Sequence record: OR608733.1
Length of the DNA stretch: 64,000 bases
Direction: 5' to 3' (one strand)
Shown piece after piece: positions 58,028 to 64,000 of this stretch. Within the stretch, counting starts at the first letter, position 1. Each line of letters begins with the position of its first letter. The notes beneath the pieces were generated by a model, which did not search any database, was not told the origin of the DNA, and saw nothing but the letters and a program-made list of their open reading frames with translations. The translations under genes and the position numbers were made by a program.

Positions 58028-58749
58028 ATGTTATTGGCATATTCGCGGTCATTGAAAATGCGGGTAAGATCCATCCGCTTTTGAATGCGCGCTAGTATCC
58101 ATTTTAGTTGTTTAGTTGATAGTTCTTGATTTTGCTTGTACTCACCTGTAGCATGGATGTAATAATCAAATTTACGACTTACAGTAGTAGTATGTGCACA
58201 TGCAATAGCAAATGCTTCAAGTGCAGTTAGTTTGGTTGATCCATTATCATTACAATTAGGGATAAACTCAAGTACACTATTAACTGCATCTACACCACTA
58301 CCCAAATGAGCCCAATCTTTCTTGGTGATGTTGATACCCATGTCTTTAAGAATAACTGTATATATGTCACCATTCTCCATAGTGAACATCATAGAAGTAT
58401 TACCATTAAACAACCTGCGTTCTATGACTGGCAAGATATTTACTTCAACTTTAAACCAATCAGCTAAATCAACACCTGCGGTAAGGGCATTCAATAGATC
58501 ATAAACATTATCTATAGTTCCAGCAAAAGCCATAGTTTTAACACGTTTACCTTGCCAAGTAACTGTCGGATGAAAAATTATCTTGTGGCAATCATTGTAA
58601 TATACATCTACACCTTCAGCTTTAGCAGTTAGATCAATATAACCGTTATCTAATACTGGAAGTCGCCCAATGCTATCAGTTGCATTATTCCGCTCAATTA
58701 ATAGGCAGTCTGCAATCATGACTTTACCATCATTTACGATATATGTCAT
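58018..58749 (-). CDS. Ntn-hydrolase / proteasome-beta (HslV-like) fold protein
   Basis: AAGGAG SD favours ATG 58749, giving N-terminal Thr: TYIVNDGKVMIAD, AFAG, LGSG, ALEAFAIA. Confidence 0.6.
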   Translation of the reverse strand: MTYIVNDGKVMIADCLLIERNNATDSIGRLPVLDNGYIDLTAKAEGVDVYYNDCHKIIFHPTVTWQGKRVKTMAFAGTIDNVYDLLNALTAGVDLADWFKVEVNILPVIERRLFNGNTSMMFTMENGDIYTVILKDMGINITKKDWAHLGSGVDAVNSVLEFIPNCNDNGSTKLTALEAFAIACAHTTTVSRKFDYYIHATGEYKQNQELSTKQLKWILARIQKRMDLTRIFNDREYANNIWG

Positions 58750-58915
58750 TTTCACTCCTTATAATAAAATAAATAGGCTTAAGCGAAATAATGCCCTCCC
58801 CGAAGGGAGGGCATTATCAATAGGTGGGATCTCGGCGGCACCTTCATTTGCGGACGGGAACGCTGAAGGGAGATAGTCCGGGAGATCCCGATTTGGGTAT
58901 TCTTTACATATGGTA

Positions 58916-59296
58916 TTACTGCAAGTATTTGTTCCCCGCAGTATAATCACCATTGATCCAATTTTTGATTACAACACTGATCCCTTCATTTTCTTTAACG
59001 GTAACCCCCAACTCAAGATCGATTGATTGATAAGCTACAGCCGCCAGTGTTAACCGAAGATAAACGGATCCATCTTTTTCGATATCGTAGGATACTACGA
59101 ACCCGTCTTGTAGATTTTGTAGCTGGAATGTATTAGCATGTTGTGGGTGGAGACGATCCATATTGTACTCGACGACATCTAGTAGATATTGCCGAGCATC
59201 AGTAGCATTATCAAATCCGAGATCGCACAGACCGATCGGATAGCGAGCTTGCGTGCATGTAACTTTCATAGATACTACACGATGTTGTTTGCACAT
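58916..59296 (-). CDS. Hypothetical protein (126 aa)
   Basis: GAGGA SD. Confidence 0.75.
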   Translation of the reverse strand: MCKQHRVVSMKVTCTQARYPIGLCDLGFDNATDARQYLLDVVEYNMDRLHPQHANTFQLQNLQDGFVVSYDIEKDGSVYLRLTLAAVAYQSIDLELGVTVKENEGISVVIKNWINGDYTAGNKYLQ

Positions 59297-59437
59297 TATA
59301 TTTTCCTCTTAGATGTCAAAAACCCTCCCCGATCAGGGGAGGGTATCTCATTGGTACTTCTTCAGCAAAACTGAAACTAAGATAAAAGAGCAATCGTAAA
59401 GGAACTACATAGAATAGTGTATTTCTTTTACTATTTT

Positions 59438-59851
59438 TTACATAACCTCTTTAGATGGGGGTTCTTTATGAATCCAGTCTAAAGTTGTTGGTAAACTATT
59501 ATCTGATCTGAAGGTACACACCGTCCGGAACCGAGAGTGATCAACTACAGATAATTGCCCGTTAATCGCAGCCTCATATTGCCTACACAACTTCACACAC
59601 CTTTTCTCTAGATCAGTTGGTTCGTAACCTTCTTCTCTTGGTTCAGTGTATGGTCCATCCCAAAAGAATATTAATCTAAGATCAATCCCAGATTTATACT
59701 CCGCTTGGTATGAATATTGATGAACATCAAAATCATCTAATTCTTCAACTAGATGTGATGTTATTGTTCTAGGATGTTCATGAGTTAATTCACTGTATAT
59801 ATGTTTATTTCTAGGGTTTTGTAAATCAACTACGATAAGTTGACTAGTCAT
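59438..59851 (-). CDS. Hypothetical protein (start refined to MTSQLIV)
   Basis: ATG immediately after upstream stop. Confidence 0.7.
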   Translation of the reverse strand: MTSQLIVVDLQNPRNKHIYSELTHEHPRTITSHLVEELDDFDVHQYSYQAEYKSGIDLRLIFFWDGPYTEPREEGYEPTDLEKRCVKLCRQYEAAINGQLSVVDHSRFRTVCTFRSDNSLPTTLDWIHKEPPSKEVM

Positions 59852-59852
59852 T

Positions 59853-60506
59853 TTAACTTTTATCCAGATGTCTATTACGAGTGCGTTCCACTGCTGTAGG
59901 TTCGACAGTGGCTCGCGGTAGATAAGTAATCTCCGGGAAAGTCTTATTAAGAGCATCTTCAATTAGCTCTTTAGCAATCTCTGCATCGATGTAATGGTTT
60001 AGAATAATACCACGATGATACAGGAAGAAGTTATATTCTTCATAACCATGGCGAAGACTTACTTTACCACGATACCCACCATAGGTTAGAGTATCTTCGT
60101 TAATTTCATTCCGATAAATATCAAGTTGAATATTATTTTGAAGATGCATTTGAATGAAGTCATTACTATCACCGCCGAATAGGGTTGGTCGTTTCCGACC
60201 AGTAACAACATCTTGGATGGAATCCATTAGTCGGTTAATGTCTGTTTCTAATCGTTGGATATCACATTGAGAATTCATTGCTTCATGAAAACGAGTTACA
60301 ACTGCATTAAATTCTTCTTCAGTCCAACCGCTGGTACGTTTTTCATAATCAACAATGATAATACCGAACCAGGCATAACCGTTAGAATGTTTTACTTTAA
60401 CACATAGATGAGGTACATTATCAGCACCTGACTGATGGTTAACAGTGTAATTATTATTACGGCTGATTACTAGTTTGATAAAAGGTAGACTAATGATTGA
60501 CGCCAT
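59853..60506 (-). CDS. Hypothetical protein (217 aa)
   Basis: AAGGAA SD. Confidence 0.8.
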   Translation of the reverse strand: MASIISLPFIKLVISRNNNYTVNHQSGADNVPHLCVKVKHSNGYAWFGIIIVDYEKRTSGWTEEEFNAVVTRFHEAMNSQCDIQRLETDINRLMDSIQDVVTGRKRPTLFGGDSNDFIQMHLQNNIQLDIYRNEINEDTLTYGGYRGKVSLRHGYEEYNFFLYHRGIILNHYIDAEIAKELIEDALNKTFPEITYLPRATVEPTAVERTRNRHLDKS

Positions 60507-60654
60507 GGAAATATTCCTTTTGTATTTTTTAAATTAAAGTAGGAGTTATTATTGAGTTTCAACTCAATACATCAATAACTCCAGTATGTTTTCAAAATTA
60601 AATACATGTATTTACAGTTACATTGTAACCAGTTAGTTTTGCCAACAATACAAA

Positions 60655-60843
60655 TTAGCGAACCTGTTCGATTTTTTCAGAAACAATGAAAATATGTGCA
60701 ATACGATCCTCATCAACATACCGATATCGAAATGAGGTATAACTAGATGACACATCCGTATCGTTTAAATAGGTGATATTAAAATCATCTACTTCCCTAC
60801 CATTAGCAGCCGCAACGGTATTTAGAATGTTGAGTAGACTCAT
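60655..60843 (-). CDS. Hypothetical protein (62 aa)
   Basis: AAGGAA SD. Confidence 0.65.
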   Translation of the reverse strand: MSLLNILNTVAAANGREVDDFNITYLNDTDVSSSYTSFRYRYVDEDRIAHIFIVSEKIEQVR

Positions 60844-60866
60844 TTTACAGATTCCTTTTTAGTATA

Positions 60867-62393
60867 TTAATATTTCAATAGACTATTGATAAAAGCATTA
60901 GGGTCATAACGGTTATTTGAAAAAGCCGCCATTACATCACACCCTGGCTGATCTTTAAATCTGATATCTTCAGGAATATCGAAGTCAGGGAACATTAGTT
61001 TAATATACTCCCTAACTTCTTGATCTCGTAGATATGGAATCTCCACCATGTAATCAACGCGACCTTTCCTTAGAAGTGCTTTATCGATATTCTCAGGATG
61101 GTTTGTAGTTAGAATGGTCATAGTCTCATCTAGTGGAACAATGCCATCTAGCCCATTTAATAGAGCTGACAAAGTTAATCCATTGGTTGACTGTTCATTT
61201 ACTGTTCCACTTTTCGCAAAATTCTTTAATTTCCACCATCGCCTAATAGTGGTAAATAATGGGTCATTTTCATCCGCCCATTTCGAAACCCCAAATTCAG
61301 CCAGGAGATCGCCACTTAACCCATAGCCTTCGTCAATACCTTCTTCATTAAAAATATAAATAGTATCGTTCACCCCAACCATTGCAAAACCATCATAATC
61401 ATCTTTGAGGTCATTCCATGTAGCTGGGTATTTTTCAGCCAGATCAACAAACGAATACTCTTTTTCTAATGATTTTATCTCTTTATCTATTTTGACTGGA
61501 TCACTTAAAACGCGATCTTTAACTGCCGGCGTATCGTCAAAGTCTTCGATTAAAAGAATATTTCCTTTAGGTAATGTAGTAAATGCCCTTCTAAGACTAT
61601 CGTTAGTCATCGAGGCTAGTGATAGCGCACTAACATTTTTATTGAAATGTGAAGCAATGGCTTTACTGATAGATGTTTTACCAGTACCAGGAGGACCTGT
61701 TAGAACACAAGTGAATTTATACGGTAATCCACGATCATCGTACCATTTCCGATCAGAATAAAATTCTTCGATTTTGCTAAGAAATTCTTCCTTGATGTCT
61801 TTACGTAGAATTACCGTATTGATGTCACGTTTAGTAACTTCAATCTCATTGCCCCAACGATTACCGTCCCAATGTGAAATAGTCAAACCCCTTTCACTTG
61901 GGCGCCAATGATAAGCATCTACTAAATCAATAATTAGTTTACTACTCCTAGACAATCCTCGAATAGTAATATCCATTTGATCTCTACTGGCAATTTGACT
62001 ATCCCGACGTGCTTTTACAAACCAGAATAACCTACCTTTAAATAGAAAGAAATGTAAGCCAAAACCAACACCAATTTTCTGTTTAGTTGCACTATAACTT
62101 TGCTCATCAACGTTGGTTGAAAAACGGCGATTAAATCCAGCTAATGGTTGTTTAATATACCACTCCATAAATGAGTCAAAGTTTTTCTCATTTAAACCAT
62201 TACCAGTATTAGTGATATGTAAACTAACTGTAAATTGATTTAATGCGAACCTAGCTAGTTTACTTGGTAAGCCTCTTAGAGTGGTCCAGAATAAACCACC
62301 AATTGCCATTCCGATAGCTCCACCCATAACCATATTCTTCTGAGAGATATCGATGAACATGGCGTAATATTGCAATAAGGTTTCTATAATCAT
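60867..62393 (-). CDS. Membrane-anchored Bcs1-like AAA+ ATPase
   Basis: N-terminal TM, Walker A GPPGTGKT, Walker B LLIEDFD, LSALLNGLDG, TTNHPENIDKALLRKGRVD. Confidence 0.85.
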   Translation of the reverse strand: MIIETLLQYYAMFIDISQKNMVMGGAIGMAIGGLFWTTLRGLPSKLARFALNQFTVSLHITNTGNGLNEKNFDSFMEWYIKQPLAGFNRRFSTNVDEQSYSATKQKIGVGFGLHFFLFKGRLFWFVKARRDSQIASRDQMDITIRGLSRSSKLIIDLVDAYHWRPSERGLTISHWDGNRWGNEIEVTKRDINTVILRKDIKEEFLSKIEEFYSDRKWYDDRGLPYKFTCVLTGPPGTGKTSISKAIASHFNKNVSALSLASMTNDSLRRAFTTLPKGNILLIEDFDDTPAVKDRVLSDPVKIDKEIKSLEKEYSFVDLAEKYPATWNDLKDDYDGFAMVGVNDTIYIFNEEGIDEGYGLSGDLLAEFGVSKWADENDPLFTTIRRWWKLKNFAKSGTVNEQSTNGLTLSALLNGLDGIVPLDETMTILTTNHPENIDKALLRKGRVDYMVEIPYLRDQEVREYIKLMFPDFDIPEDIRFKDQPGCDVMAAFSNNRYDPNAFINSLLKY

Positions 62394-63175
62394 ACTAGCA
62401 TCCCTCTGGATAGCTTAGGAAAATATTGTCCACAGATCATGTATTCACGTTCTAGAAAATCTAGAGTATGACTTTCAAATATTTCACCTACATCTTTACC
62501 ATAGATTTCCGTATACCCATTTTTGAATACGGCCATTACATAAACATCAGACATAGTCATGCCGTAGTTATAAATTTGATTGTCTCTGTATTTTGGATGA
62601 AATAGGTCATATAAAAAACGAGTCATTGAACTATTGGCAACAGTTGTCACCCCTTTCTGCTTTAAGGCATAACGTACTTGTTTAACCACATAGTTAACTT
62701 TAGAGCGCTCGCCAAATACCGTCAGTTTATCTACATTGCAATTACGATATCCCATAACTTCAGGATTAGCTATCACGGTGTGTTTTGGAACACGTACATC
62801 AAAGATAATGCCATTAGGGGATAGAATAATCTTTTCATGGTTAAATAGAACATGAAATAAATGTCGTTCTGGTTTAGTGATTTTGATACTTAACCCAATC
62901 ACCCCACTAATCTTTCTTTCTAGATCTTCTAGTGACTGCATCACCATGTGATATTGATTGAAGAAAGCATTGTTCTTATATTGATCTAATTCAAAGTATT
63001 TCCAACTTCCACGAAAATGAATAGCATGGCTTTTGGTATAACCTTTAGTTAATCGACACTTGAGTTTGTCAAACCAGCTTTCAAGATAACTCTCGACTGT
63101 AAAACCAAGTGGGTTATTATTAATAAGTTTATTGGAATATGATAAGCTAAATCTGTACATAGTTCGACGATGCAT
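62390..63175 (-). CDS. Hypothetical protein (start refined to MHRRTMY)
   Basis: CAGGA SD; track start 63250 crosses a hairpin. Confidence 0.75.
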   Translation of the reverse strand: MHRRTMYRFSLSYSNKLINNNPLGFTVESYLESWFDKLKCRLTKGYTKSHAIHFRGSWKYFELDQYKNNAFFNQYHMVMQSLEDLERKISGVIGLSIKITKPERHLFHVLFNHEKIILSPNGIIFDVRVPKHTVIANPEVMGYRNCNVDKLTVFGERSKVNYVVKQVRYALKQKGVTTVANSSMTRFLYDLFHPKYRDNQIYNYGMTMSDVYVMAVFKNGYTEIYGKDVGEIFESHTLDFLEREYMICGQYFPKLSRGMLV

Positions 63176-63231
63176 TTTATATTCCTGCCAAATAAAGAAA
63201 AAATAAAGGGCTCCGAAGAGCCCTTTATGTA

Positions 63232-64000
63232 TTAGATTTTTACAGACCAACTTTGCTCGAATTCCTGATATAGGAAATTGTCTGACGCATTATCCCAATT
63301 TTCTCGATCAGTTACACCATAATAATGGAATTCTAGTTCAGTAGGTCCACCAACAAAACCATTCTTAGCATAGCTATAAACTTTGCCATTGGTTAGCTTA
63401 ATCAGTGTATCCACATAGAAACTATTACGGTTCCATATTTCATTGTGGATGTACTTAAATACCACACTGTGGATATACTTAAATTGCGCACTTGGTTTTC
63501 CGAGTACACTCCAATAGAATTTACGGATACCTATTTCGGTCTTGAAATTAAACTCACCGTTGCGAATGCTGTTAGAAACAATACGTGCCAGTTTATTAAC
63601 CCGATTTTCTTCACCGATTAGATAGATCCCGGAAACATTACATCCATCTCCTATTGATCCATTATTAACTAGTGGATCAACACCATATTCATCAGTGAAA
63701 ATGGTTTTGATAACCTCTTTACCTTCTCGACGCACTAACATATTCAGGTGACCATCTTCGATATATGACATATGGCTAGGCTGAATATATTCACTTGTAT
63801 CGACGATAACATCATTCGCCATTACATTAAACTGTAGATGGTTTACCAGATCACTAATACCTTTAAAACGAATGGCTTGGTTCGCTGTATTTAGATCGAC
63901 ATACACCACGACATCAATAATTCCTTGTTTTAGTGATTTGTCATCTTTGTCAGTAGTTGTATCAATTTTTACGTAATTTTGATATAGTTCACTAAAACAA
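63232..64000 (-). CDS. Hypothetical protein, 5' end outside window; possible paralog of the downstream gene
   Basis: Frame is open from 63909 to the window edge. Confidence 0.7.
   Translation of the reverse strand, partial: CFSELYQNYVKIDTTTDKDDKSLKQGIIDVVVYVDLNTANQAIRFKGISDLVNHLQFNVMANDVIVDTSEYIQPSHMSYIEDGHLNMLVRREGKEVIKTIFTDEYGVDPLVNNGSIGDGCNVSGIYLIGEENRVNKLARIVSNSIRNGEFNFKTEIGIRKFYWSVLGKPSAQFKYIHSVVFKYIHNEIWNRNSFYVDTLIKLTNGKVYSYAKNGFVGGPTELEFHYYGVTDRENWDNASDNFLYQEFEQSWSVKI

Noticed and set aside
58759-58953. 64-aa minus-strand ORF
   Set aside because: Runs through a terminator hairpin and a structured GC-rich segment, and overlaps the upstream gene.

Overview
This window is from a Pseudomonas phiKZ-like nucleus-forming jumbo phage (phiKZ or a close relative), oriented opposite to the usual phiKZ numbering. 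The identification rests on recognisable PhuZ/TubZ, Dip, tail sheath, tail tube and large terminase sequences and their synteny; no database search was run. In order, it holds: the 5' end of the family-B DNA polymerase, hypothetical operons, a PTP-like phosphatase, PhuZ, Dip, a virion structural block with terminase, a GC-richer cluster of small early genes, DHFR, NrdA/NrdB, a modular head protein, a tRNA region, an Ntn-hydrolase-like gene and a Bcs1-like AAA ATPase. The most striking element is at 52388-53237. A second tRNA-Asn gene is split at its anticodon loop by a cassette carrying an HNH endonuclease and a complete, unusual class-II tRNA. That tRNA has a GUU (Asn) anticodon, U1-A72 and G73 on a tRNA-Tyr-like scaffold, suggesting a 'disrupt-and-replace' tRNA homing element. 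There are also several structured ncRNA candidates (the best at 47926-48063, with C-rich anti-SD-like loops), conserved promoter and terminator repeat families, and small ORFs missed by the track. phiKZ gp numbers are from memory and synteny and need confirmation.
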